Source of the DNA: Phoronis australis
Lineage: Eukaryota > Animalia > Phoronida
DNA: 64,000 bases
Direction: 5' to 3'
Assembly: GCA_002633005.1 (NCBI GenBank)
Contig: NMRA01000009.1
Coordinates: 35,484-99,483, forward strand
The notes beneath the pieces were generated by a model, which did not search any database, had not been told where the DNA came from, and saw nothing but the letters and a program-made list of their open reading frames with translations. The position numbers and the translations under genes are program-made. Below, piece after piece: positions 37,870-50,298 of the stretch; position 1 is the stretch's first letter, and each line of letters opens with the position of its first letter.

Positions 37870-38957
37870 GTGAGGGAAAAATTTTATTAACGACCAGCAT
37901 GCGTAGACGTAGGGACGGGAGCAAGTGTAGTCGAGAAAAGAATGGTCAAAGAATCGTCACGGCGAAACATAGTGAAGAGGGGAAATGTTGCAAAATTTAA
38001 CTGGGAAGCCGTGACACGTGACACACTGCACCACTGGATTAAACGTTAACAGTAGAAAATTCTGAATATTTCTTGGGGGAGGATACCAAAGCCCGGCCCC
38101 GATGGATGTCCTGTCTCCCGTGTTCCTCCGATTGTCCACAGATATCTGCATCAGTTCGGTAATTTTAAAATACATATGGTGAATTATGAAAAAGTTCTCG
38201 CTCGCAACTTAACATCAACTGTTACAAACCCGACCTCCGCCACAAAACTAATTCTTGAATAAGATCACTTTTAAGTGATCTTATTCAAGAATTAAAAGTC
38301 ATCCTGGAAAATTGGTCTCAAATGTTTCCTAGTTAAAATAAGGGTGATGTCTGGGCTCATAATGCAACGGCTCGATATTCATAGTTGACTTGTTCATGGC
38401 GTGTTTGTCAGATTTTATTCGCCNAAGAATGGTCAAAGAATCGTCACGGCGAAACATAGTGAAGAGGGGAAATGTTGGAAAATTTAACTGGGAAGCCGTG
38501 ACACGTGACACACTGCACCACTGGATTAAACGTTAACAGTAGAAAATTCTGAATATTTCTTGGGGGAGGATACCAAAGCCCGGCCCCGATGGATGTCCTG
38601 TCTCCCGTGTTCCTCCGATTGTCCACAGACTATCTGCATCAGTTCGGTAATTTTAAAATACATATGGTGAATTATGAAAAAGTTCTCGCTCGCAACTTAA
38701 CATCAACTGTTACAAACCCGACCTCTGCCACAAAACTAATTCTTGAATAAGATCACTTAAGTCATCCTGGAAAATTGGTCTCAAATGTTTCTTGGTTAAA
38801 ATAAGGGTGATCTCTGGGCTCATAAAGCAACGGCTTGATATTCATAGTTGACTTGTTCATGGCGTGTTTGTCAGATTTTATTCGCCGAGTATAAGATTGT
38901 CTCGAGAATTAACCAACTGCAAAACCAAAAATCACTTTTAATCTGTGAAAGGAACAA

Positions 38958-39568
38958 GATCCGTGTGCAAGTTTCCAGTTTAATTTTCATTTTGAAAGTG
39001 AATGTTAAAAGTTGGAATATTATTTATTCTAAGTTTGAAAATTCAATACGAAATAGAAAAATGAAATTTTCATAAATATTTCATGGTTCAATTAAAATTA
39101 AATCATGAAAATTAATCAAATGACCGATGTTTCAATGTTTCATTTCCCAACCTGAATTGAAACTAGAAATCCTGAAGCTTTAGTTAATACTTATCTCCAT
39201 TTCACGACAACTAGATCCCAGCACTAAATGCGTAAAAAATTATTGACGAAACTGGCCATAGTTATAATGGGGAGCAACAGATCGACAGTCTATGCAAATG
39301 CGGGCCCTGAGATGGGTAAAAACGTTATTTAGCAGAATAAACTCAATAACCCATGAACCCGAATGATGTATAACCTTTTAACCTCTCAAAATATTCTTAG
39401 AATCACAGCGTTTTAAAGGTTGTAAGGCTGTTTAGACGCAAGATCGCAAAACTAGTGACGAATATTAATTTTAGAATGAACATTGATTTTTTTTAAGTTG
39501 ATTCAACATTTGAGGTTTCAATATTCAATTTTAAAATGAAAATTGAAATGGACAGTTGCACACGAATC
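38958..39568. mobile_element. MITE with long imperfect AT-rich TIRs
   Basis: gatccgtgtgcaa...ttttcattttgaaa inverted against ttttaaaatgaaaa...ttgcacacgaatc. Confidence 0.6.
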
Positions 39569-40199
39569 GGATCAGATCGTAATGCGGGTTAACCGTTTTA
39601 ACAACTGACAATAACTCAAAATGCACGACGGCTGTGTGTGCCTTTAGGCTACTTTTTGTATTGTGTTGCTATGTGATGGCCCACATGTCACCTTTAATAT
39701 TCTGGTTTACATGTTTACGTAGGCTTATCTACGTAAGTCGCTTCACTCTGAGATGATAAGCTATGCGTACAGTCTTGTAAGAAATATACTCACTTAGTGA
39801 ATTTCGGTCGCTGAAATTCGCCAGAAAACCTCTATCATCTACTCCATAAAATCTCTATCATCTTCATCTTACTCCAAACATGGGAAATAACCCTTTAAAA
39901 AATTGTGTTTTCGTACATGTTGACGTCAGAGAGTAATGAAATTCAGGCAGTTGAATATCATTTGCCCGCCCCCGTTCGGTAGCCACTAGAAACTCACGTA
40001 GTGGCCTATTCCAACAAAACATTTTGAAACAGCCCCTTAGGGGCCCCACAACAACACCTTTTCAAGGTACGGTATCCTTCAAAGGGTGATCATAATAATG
40101 TGAAACTTTCCCAAACCGGACCCTAAAAAGTGAATTATCTTGACCTGCGGCCTCAGTTGAGCTCGACTTGGAAATGGATGACGAAATAAAACCGAATCT

Positions 40200-40433
40200 C
40201 TGACATGTCTTCCTACCCCTTGGCGGCGGCCCTCTAGACGTGACCAAAACGATTACCCGCAAACAACGTTCCGGCCGCAGAGAACTGTTTGGCATCAACT
40301 TGTGACAACCGGCATCAGACAATGGATACAGCAGCCCAATAGCAATCTTTGCCAATAGTGGAAATTGCTGTTTGAGAGAACAGTGAGATCGATTTAACCG
40401 AATTTCAGTTTGTGTCAAAATTCGGTGAAACAA
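40200..40433 (-). pseudogene. Possible decayed hAT-transposase C-terminal (dimerisation) fragment
   Basis: QQFPLLAKIAIGLLYPLSDAGC loosely resembles FPxLxxxAxxxLxxPxSxAxCER; weak. Confidence 0.25.
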
Positions 40434-43404
40434 GAACTGTTCAAAATAAGGACGTGGTAAAGTGAATCCTTGTTCATTCCACGGTCACGTGATAACCCGT
40501 TACAATTTTGTAGCATATCAAAAACAACAACGAAGAAACCCTGGTTTACTACCGTTAGAACGTTGAGCTAGGCATGGAAATTCGCAGATATCCTCAAACA
40601 ATTACGTCTGTCAGTCTAATATCCAATGCTGATGTTTCACGATAACTCCACGTTTCATGAACCGGGTTTTTGTAATAACGATCTTCACAAAATGAGCTAT
40701 TGTTAGGATGACTTATACCAAGACAGTTATATTGTCATTATTATGCAACTACCAAGACTGCTCACCTAACAGTGCTGTTCCAGCTTGCAGGTTCCCACTT
40801 TACGGTCCATGTCTTTGCGTGGGTTTTATTTCTCACATTCGTGGTTGTTTGTGCTGGACGTACTTCTTAATACTTTGATACCTTTATTCCGGAACATTTG
40901 GACTTAAGATGACAGCAGTACATCTTGCGTAATTGCCCCGAAAAGATTACTAGTTTAGCCATTGTTTTCTTGCCACCAATCCATCGCCACTTCAGTAACT
41001 GATCAACCTCAGACAATAGGACTTTAGATCAGAGCCCCTGATAAACGAACCTCTTGACGACAGCAGGAATTACACAAAACTGTTGACGAAGTAGAGGTGG
41101 CGGGAATCGGGCAGTCTTTGTAATGAAAAAAAGATATTATTTTACGAATTTACCCTCTCCCAGATCAAGACTATAATTTGATTAACGGGCACCAAGTTGA
41201 GCAACCCATATTTGTAAGAAAATAAAACACAACTGAACTTGACATTATACACACCTCAGCTCTGGCCAAACCTTATAACTTCACTATCCCATCCAAAATA
41301 AGCACAAACACGAGTCTGTCAAGTCATCAAACGTTTATGTCTCTTAAATACTACTAGTTCATTCTCATTTGTAATATACAACAAAAAAATCCCAGTGGGA
41401 GTGTAGGTTTGAATGACTGGATTCCCTTTTGTTCACCTGTGAACATGAGCCAATAATTTTGTTCTTGAGTCAATAAACATGTTGTTATTTAAGTTCCAGC
41501 ACATTTTTGGAACATTCTGTATGTTATCATAAGATATATTTCATTAAACAAACAACAGTTCTTTGCCTTTGTAAGTTTATTTTTTAATAGTGAGAATCAA
41601 GAAGAGATTCAACATGAATTTTGTGCCCGAGCGACAAGTGCCTGTTGTGCGCCCCAGAGACAAGTGCCTGTTGCAAAATTGTTCACAACAAAATTGTGCC
41701 ATTGTCGCAAAATGCACTAAAGTATGAAAAACACAACAGCTAAGATGAAATGTTTCTATTCAGAAAAACACGATGATTACACATGGAACTGAGTTTTATA
41801 AAAGTTGGTTGCAAACAATTGTCAATTTCATTTGATGCAAGCAACAAAACTACATAAAATATACAGAATACTTCTGGACAGGCACTTGCCAATCATCCAT
41901 TAACTATTACCTTTGGACAAAGACACAAAATATAAAATGTATTTATGACACTAACAATTCAAAAACAACTCTGAATCAAAAGATGCATGAAGTAAATCCA
42001 TGTTTTAAACTTGTATAAAAAGTGACCTCAAAGTTTGGTGTTTTCCATATTCTAATGCTTTAACACAAATTAGATTTTGTTAAAAACTTAAACCATCATT
42101 TCTTAACATTCATTGTTGGGCTACCAATGTCCATGTGATTACACATTTATGACACAAATGAGATTTAAAGTTTGGACATGATAGAAAATGCTATGTTCAA
42201 AAGCTAAAATTTGCATACTTTATTTACAAATATAGACTATATATGTAACTCTGTTTCGTTCATAAAACTGTACATCATTTAAAATGCTTACATACCTATC
42301 AAAACTATACAAAAGGTAGACAGACATCATGAACAAGTTAATCCCAGTTTGCTAAGCAGATAGCCATAAGGAGATATCCCAGTTTGTAAGATTGCCGTGG
42401 AAAAACACCTCCGATAGAAATGCAACCACACCTCTGATAGAAATGTAACCATACCTCAGATAGAAATGTAACCATACCTCACCAAACAAAGCTACAATTC
42501 CTTATTTTGGCATTACAAAAGATATCATAATTGAATGCAAATTGGGGAAAAACAATATTTTTCAGCATCAAAACATCCAAATAAGCACCTCCAATTTTCC
42601 AGCATATACCTATGTACAAAGGTGCGATATACAACACTGGTTATCACATCCTCACCACTCAACAGTTCTGGCAGGCACTTGAAAGGTTTAACTTGTTACT
42701 TAGTATTTTGCAATATTGTACCTCTATCACAAGACAAATTTCAGTGGTTATAAGCCCATCAACTGAAAGAGGTGTGCACACATGTTTATGACAATTCCTG
42801 TGAAATCACAAGATTTATTACTAACTTGCTAGGTTTGTGAATTAATTGTACTTCAATCGAAAACACTTCACACAATATGACAGAAGAAACATAAAGCAGA
42901 GATTTGGCAAACCAGACGATTAATAATATTTAAACCCTTTTGTATTACTAGAGAGAATGAGGATGATCATGTTTGACACTATAGTAGCCCACAACAACAG
43001 ACTCGGCATACAAGACCGATGACATTCAACACTGCTATTACAATATTACAATTACCTATACATATTAAAACATTGCTAACAACTAAAAGAAGTATAAATT
43101 ATTTGACTTGATTAAAACAAAATATAAATTATAACTTATCTCTCACAATCTGTACTACAGAGACTACTGCTACAGGTCAGACCACTGCCATCATTGTACA
43201 AAACCAGTTGAGAAATTCCCACATATTTGACCAGATAATAAAGTAAACAACACAATGCATTTTTGCTTCTCACAGCACGCCACCACAGATGTTGCCCCTG
43301 TTACCGACACGGAAATCGCCATGCAAAGGACACGTCACTCAGGTAGTCACTGCTATAATACATCTTCTCCATCTCCACACCCATGACACAATGACACGTC
43401 ACTT

Positions 43405-43672
43405 CTATGTAGTCACTGATATTGTATTACTGTCCCTACTTGTTGACGGCAAGTTAAGTGTAACAGGTGATGGGAGTGATGTGGCTAGTTCCTGATTACT
43501 GTCCTCGTGCTCTCCCCGATGGTCAACAGAGTCGCCACTCCCTGAATGTAGACCCCCCTCTGAGTCACTCGGCTCCCATTTCATCGACGGCTCCATGGGA
43601 TCATCATCACTCAAGTCATCTTCATCCTCGTCTCCATCACCACCTAAAAATCGGATGCATCTTTTCTTGCGC
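43405..43672 (-). CDS. TCF7L2: TCF/LEF (pangolin) terminal exon: end of C-clamp plus acidic tail
   Basis: ttttctag acceptor; (R)RKKRCIRFLGGDGDEDEDDLS...ISVTT*. Confidence 0.93.
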
Positions 43673-43995
43673 CTAGAAAAAAAGTTTGCTGAGAGTTAAC
43701 AAGGCATTTAGGGAATGCGATAATGAACAAATTTTCTTGTTTCTCAACCTTAGTAAACGCACTTATCTTGACAGAAATGATTTGTCAGCTGAAATAGTTT
43801 ACATAAGCTTATACAATAAAACAGGTGTACATTAGCTGTATCATCCATCACTCTGGCACACAATGATGAGGGTCCAGTATAATAAACCTAGGTGAGGGAC
43901 CTCGCGTCAGATGAACAAATAGACTGAAGTCATTATTAAATACACTTAAATGCTTTATACTGGTGTTTAAACTGGGTCATTTGTTAATTTGACGC

Positions 43996-44086
43996 ATTCA
44001 TCATGTCTGTGTATCATGACTTCACAATCATCATGTCTGTGTATCATGACTTCACATTCATCATGTCTGTGTATCATGACTTCACA
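43996..44086. repeat. 30-bp minisatellite, 3 copies
   Basis: unit attcatcatgtctgtgtatcatgacttcac. Confidence 0.95.
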
Positions 44087-45065
44087 AAAAGGAATGCAAA
44101 GACAATGATTCAATTCATTTTTCACCTACTGAAGTGTGTTTCACTAAAATGTTGGAACTTTATGACTAGTTTTCAACATAAAAAAAGATTTAAAACCAGC
44201 TGCATGTTTCAGTTAGTCTAAAAAACGCCGTAAGGTTAAGACATATTAGGGAAACGGGCCTCAGTTGAAGCCTAAGATAGCACTATGTATTCACATACAA
44301 TGTGGCAATATGCGGATAGTGGAATAATTAATGATTTGGGCACAGACGATTTATTTCGACTAAAATCTAAAATCAAGTGACATTCATACAAGCATGCTGG
44401 ACAAATGAGGGAGAACAGTTTTTCAAAATTATGTTTTAATGCAGAGAAAAAAATGCAAGATGATGGTCAATCAGTTACATAGTTATGTGGTGAAATTGAT
44501 ACAAATATGAAAGCAGGCTCTTCCCACATTGTATATGGCTACAAATGTAATCAACTGACCATTAATACGCTCATTACAACAGTTTTGGGAAGAGAGTGGC
44601 CTAAAATATAGAAATACTTATACTGAGCACTACTACGTCAAGTCAAAAACTGAAAATAAGACAAAATAAGAATGAATTGATTTATTACGCCAAAAGTAAC
44701 AGCAATGAAGTCCATTCTGAACACCGGTTACAGAAGGCAAGGATGGCTCACTTTTTGTGACCATTGGAAAATTAAATGAAAACATTTGACACTCACCATT
44801 TCGTAAAATGCAATGTCCTAAGGTGATAGTCATATTACCAGCGCTTAATATTCTTAATATACCTTTAAAAATCAATTTCATTTTAAGGAATATGCACAAA
44901 TCTTCAGAATGCTCCTTTTAACATTTTAAGAACCATAGCAACAAGACAAGAACATGCGCTAGAGAAAACCGTGACTACCAACAGGAAGGAAATAATAGTA
45001 GGCTAGTCATGCCTCATGCCAACAACCAGCACATGCTACATTGACATGCACGTGCTCTGCAGTAC

Positions 45066-45136
45066 CTGATTGGCTGGCATTGGTTGAATCTAAGACGGGC
45101 GAGGAACGCTCATCAGACTCATGCAGTAAATGAGAT
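45066..45136 (-). CDS. TCF7L2: Candidate alternative TCF cassette exon interrupting the C-clamp
   Basis: ttatctcctttcag acceptor, CAG|GTACTG donor; open after the C-clamp exon (SHLLHESDERSSPVLDSTNASQS), 71 nt. Confidence 0.4.
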
Positions 45137-45349
45137 CTGAAAGGAGATAAGGCCATTGCAGAAAAGTTTTAAAAACACCACATGGCAAAGTGCGCATTGC
45201 TTTTATTTTTCGAACTCCAACACCAACAAGGTTGTGTGCGAGAATAACGACAGAATGTAAATGTGACGGCTAGAGAATTGAACATGACTTTTCTGCATGG
45301 ACACTTTTCTGCATTAGCCCTATGGAGCTAACATGCAGATTCAACATAC

Positions 45350-45422
45350 CTGCATGGTTTACACCACTGACTTTGTTGGTCGAGACCAAAACGTGCCCGA
45401 CATTTTTTAGGATTCTGACAAT
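45350..45422 (-). CDS. TCF7L2: TCF C-clamp exon (CRARF)
   Basis: 73 nt, (D)[23 protein letters not shown](R); tgcag / GTATGT. Confidence 0.97.
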
Positions 45423-46133
45423 CTGCAAAGAAAGAGAAACTATTCACTACAGGCTAAAATAAAGAGTCCAACTGAAGCCCACAAGAGATCAAACATGACA
45501 AGAGTCAGAAATTGTCGTAATCATGTTTCGGTGGGAACAGGAAGTGGGTCGTATGACTAGACAGTTAATAGCAGAACAAGCCCATGCAACCAACAACAGA
45601 CAATTCTGTAATACGAAGTGAAGTGAAGCCAACACATGCCCAGCATGCACGATCCAGCATCTGTTCACAACAACAACATAGAAGTTGATTTACCTTGCGA
45701 GCTGCACTCTTCTGGACTCACAAGTCTGGCTCCATACACACCATCTGAATGTTAGAAACATGTTAAGAAACATTAGCACTCTTTTGGTAGGTATGACTGA
45801 CTTGATGAACAGATGCTGGAATAAAAATGAATATCGATTGAAGACTACGAGTACTTTAACTAGGAAGCATATTTTACAAGTAAGCAGCAACAGTACCATA
45901 AGTGTCGGATTTAGACACCAGTCACTGATCTAGACTTAAAAATACAACATGGTTGCAAAAGTGAGTTCTGTAAATGAGTTCCCGTCATATGAGTGAATGA
46001 CAATTGACCACTATAACAATGAGCAGCCTTGTTGCATTTGAAAACTTTTGTAAAAAGCACTTCACAAGACTTTTCACAGTGTACTTTTATTCTTATTTAG
46101 TAACTCTGAAAACAAATGTGTAGAAAAATCTAA

Positions 46134-47856
46134 GGGCTGTTCCAGTAAAAAACGTATGGGAGGGGGAAGGCACTTTCATTTTTTACCCACCCCCCATATT
46201 TTTCTTTTATATTTCCAACTCATAATTTTTAATTAGGTTGAAATATAAAACGCAACCACCCATAATAGTTTCAAATTATGCGTGAATTATACATGGTATG
46301 TAAATTTTACGTTTTATTCTCTAAGATATTTTTGGTCTTTAGTGTTTCTTTAGCCAACAACGGTTCAGCAAACACATCAGTTCCCTCCCAGGCAAGGAAT
46401 AAAAATTCACACATGCTTTCCAGTCAATAACAATTAATGAACAATAACGTTGATATGTGCCCTTCATATGCATTGCAAATGGCAGATACCAGAGAAGATC
46501 ATTACTACAAAAGGGACCAACGCTTGTAAACACATTGGCTCAAACACACACATCATGATCTGGTAAGTACTAAGATAATCAACAGACAAAAACTAGCTGT
46601 CTTGTCGTGTCGAAAACTAGAGGTCAAGAGGGCGGTGGAATCAAAATGAAAATCAGCTGCTGTCAGCGCATCCATCACTACCATACATCTTTGGGTCAAA
46701 GGTCATCTAGTTGTGACTACCGGTTTTTGAGATAATCAACCTGTCTTGTCAAAAACTAAAATGGCCAACAGGAGGTGCCAAATGTCATCATGATCCATTA
46801 AGCAGTTTCAAGATAATTGACGGACAAAGAATGACTTGAGCAGTCCAAAACTAACAGGGGGCGCTACAGTAGTTGTGTCCATACAAAAATCCACTGGTGC
46901 CTGCACATTCTCGCCGTATACCTCTGAATTGAATTTCATTGTGATCCGTCAAGCAGTTTTTGAGATAATCGACGCACAAAGAATAGCTTGTCGAAAACTG
47001 AAACGGGACACACTGGGTAACATGGTAGCCAAATCCGTCAGAAAATCAACTGGTGCTGGTGCATTCCCGCCAAGTACCTCTACACCAAATTTCATCATGA
47101 TCCGCCGAGCGCTACTTGACATATATGGACAAAAAACAATAACAACAAACGGGCCGGCTGACTGACAGATAGACGAACGAGATGCTGACTATATGCAAAA
47201 ACAAGTTTTTGTGGGGACAGAAAAATTCCATGTGATAACGCAACTCATTCCAGTTACAAGAAACATGCTTTTCAAAGCCACCAGGTTTCTTTGTCTGTAA
47301 TTTCAATAAGATTTTTTCAATTTCATGAATCTACGAATCTCAAAATGTCTCCACGAATGCTTTTAGGTTGCTATGCCAAGTGAATATTGGAGCTTGTCTA
47401 TCTGACTCCTCATACTTTTTCTTAGATGTGTTAACACCAGTTTAGTGTTAAAGTAATTTTCATTCTAATATGGCTGTACAAAATGTGCCTAAAATCAAGT
47501 TGCCCATTTCTTAAGTAATGGCATAGTGTACATATTGCACTGTACACTAGCAACACGGACTTGTCTTGTTTTTGGATGTTTTTATGGGAATCTGTCAAAT
47601 GAAATTTTGGCGAGTTTTTGAAGTTTTTCAGAGGGTATTGAGGACGGTATTTGGCTGACAATATCCACCTGTCAACATTTAGGGGACACGACCCACTTTT
47701 AATGATATACTTCTTTCATGAAGGATCACCCATAATTTAAACTTTCTTCTAATGACCACCACCCATAATTTGAATATATTTCAGAAGACAAACCACCCAT
47801 TAACTTTTATTTCAACTGCCGTCCCCCCTCCCATACGAATTTTGCTGGAACAGCCT
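46134..47856. mobile_element. Non-autonomous PIF/Harbinger-like element, TAA TSD, with nested HINE-like copy (~46570-47225)
   Basis: taa|gggctgttccagtaaaaaacgtatgggagggg ... cccctcccatacgaattttgctggaacagcct|taa. Confidence 0.8.
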
Positions 47857-47993
47857 TAAGTTACCATTTGATTAAAAAGACAATTACAGAACAGTTTTAA
47901 ATGTTTCCTGTCAAAATCCGACACTGGCAGTACTGTGCCGTGTGACTGTGACACAAGCAGACACAGCAGCGTAGGTATAGAGCAGACGATCAC

Positions 47994-48156
47994 CTTTACT
48001 CTCTCCTAGACACTCCTTCTTTCTCTTCTTCTTCTTGGTGTGTATAGCGTAGTTGTCTCGTGCACTCCAGCCAGGGTATAGCTGCAGGTGTAGCTCCTTT
48101 TCTTTCCGTGCCATCTCATAGTACTTGGCCTGTTCTGATCTGTCAAGGGCATGCCA
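47994..48156 (-). CDS. TCF7L2: TCF HMG-box exon 2 + basic tail/NLS
   Basis: [54 protein letters not shown]; ends phase 1. Confidence 0.97.
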
Positions 48157-49183
48157 CTGTAAACACAACCAATAAGAATGAGTTATGCAACTAGATTAAA
48201 CTTGTCAAAAGCAGTGTGATTGGTCGAAGGCTCGCTACTGAAACAGTGCCAATACTAGTGAGTGTTGCACCCAGATTAAACTTGTCAAAAACAGTGTGAA
48301 TGGCCAAGGGTGCGACGCTGTAACAGAACCAATGATGAGTGTCGCAACCAAGTTCAAAACGGAGTTCAACTGGTCGAGGGCATGTAAGTTTAACAGCCAG
48401 TTATGAAGAGACTGACTGACCACAGATTTGATACTTAAGAAGCTTTTGCACAACTATAGCAGCCCTCCATGGGACAACTGCCAGTTCACAAAGTGACCTT
48501 TTTACTGCCAGAGATTTGTGGGACATCTCATCAGCAATGCATTGTGGGACGTTAACCTTGCAAGCAGAATGATATCAGAGAACGTACACCAACATTTTCC
48601 AGACAAAAGTCCAGTAAAAAAGAAAATAGATATTTTACAAGCCCCAAACCGTAAACACGACTGAGCTCGTTTTCACTACAGGTAACTTGCTTGGACACCT
48701 ATGAAAGCATAGTTTCCCTGCACAATGACAGGCACTTATATACATTAGGTCACTTGATGTGATCAAAAAGATGGCGGATTGAACGGGATAAACTACTTGC
48801 AACATATTCCATGCCTCACTGAAAAAGATGATATTTACAGGCACACTCTGGTTACCGTGGTTCAACAGGGACTATTTATAGGACACTACCAAGAAGAACA
48901 CAAACAGTACAACATTGTGAATGGTGTTTACATAATTAATTAGGGCTAGGCAGAGTCATCAAAGTATGTCTGGGATAATTAGCAATTTGAACATTTTATA
49001 AAGCTAATACCAAATTTGAAACGGTACTATACAACCTCACACACAAAGTCATGGTCTTATAGGCAAAATGCATGTTTGGAAACATCTAAAAATGAATGAT
49101 CCTGAATGTAAGGGCACAGCCTTGTAAGGAAATAACATTTGTTCAGGTAAAAGGCAAGGCATTATTGTTTTGTGTTTCCTGAT

Positions 49184-49429
49184 AATCTGTCTTGACTACA
49201 ATGACAAATACAATCCACAGTAATACACTATTGACTGTCTTGACTACAATGACAAATACAATCCACAGTAATACACTATTGACTGTACTGACTACAATGA
49301 CAAATACAATCCACAGTAATACACTACTGACTGTCTTGACTACAATGACAAATACAATCCACAGTAATACACTATTGACTGTCTTGACTACAATGACAAA
49401 TACAATCCACAGTAATACACTACTGACTG
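49184..49429. repeat. 51-bp minisatellite, ~4.7 copies
   Basis: unit ctgtcttgactacaatgacaaatacaatccacagtaatacactattga. Confidence 0.95.
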
Positions 49430-50114
49430 GCTAAAACAATTCCAAAGCATTATTGACTTTATAACAAAATCAAACAACATACGTGAAGTTTAAAATGCCG
49501 ATAATGGATTGTTTTAGTCAGAATTACGTTTCTTTAGAAAATTCAACATTCCAATGGTCGCCAGACAAAGAGCATGGTCACATATTGCAATAAAGGGACA
49601 AAATCCAATATAATGCTACATCCTTATAAACATATGTACTATCAAGAGATTCTCCATTGCAAGCCAATTTATACAACAAAGCATAGTATCCTCAACTGCA
49701 TGGGAAGCAATGTTGAAGAGTGTCTAAAGACAAGCATCACATCATCTTTAACAACTTGTTTCTTTAAGTTGCAGATGTGAAAGTGTGAGCCAGATCAAAT
49801 CTTTTAATATTTCACACTTCAATTTGTTTCTTATTAAAAGTAGCAGATGTAAAAATTTTAGCGAGATCAAATCTTTTAATATTTCACATTTTAATAAAAG
49901 CCCTAAATTTAATAAAACAATCTCATTTTCACACTGTCATTTTTTATTTGTACCAGACATGTGCAATTCGTCTAAGAACTAATAAAATCAAGTAATCCGT
50001 CATGTTTCTGCCAGTCAAGTGATCGAGTAAACTTGTTTCTATGACAACGATAGGCACATATTAAACATTATTTTGCAATCAACTTGGGCCCAAGTAACTA
50101 GAGCCCAAACTTAC

Positions 50115-50298
50115 CCGCCTTCCTAAGATTTGATTGATTGCTGCCGATTCCTTTAATGTACACTCAGCCACTACCTTGGCCCTATTCTCTTTCATAAATA
50201 ACATGAATGCATTGAGCGGCTTCTTTATATGAGGTTTTTTCTTCTCTGGAGGAGGCTCACTATTCTGACCCATTCCACTACGTTCATGTAATAATTGC
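50115..50298 (-). CDS. TCF7L2: TCF HMG-box exon 1
   Basis: [40 protein letters not shown], diagnostic TCF/LEF HMG box; tttcag / GTAAGT. Confidence 0.98.

Noticed and set aside
43402-43407. Stop-codon readthrough in TCF
   Set aside because: TAG is followed by AAG TGA; no leaky context or meaningful extension
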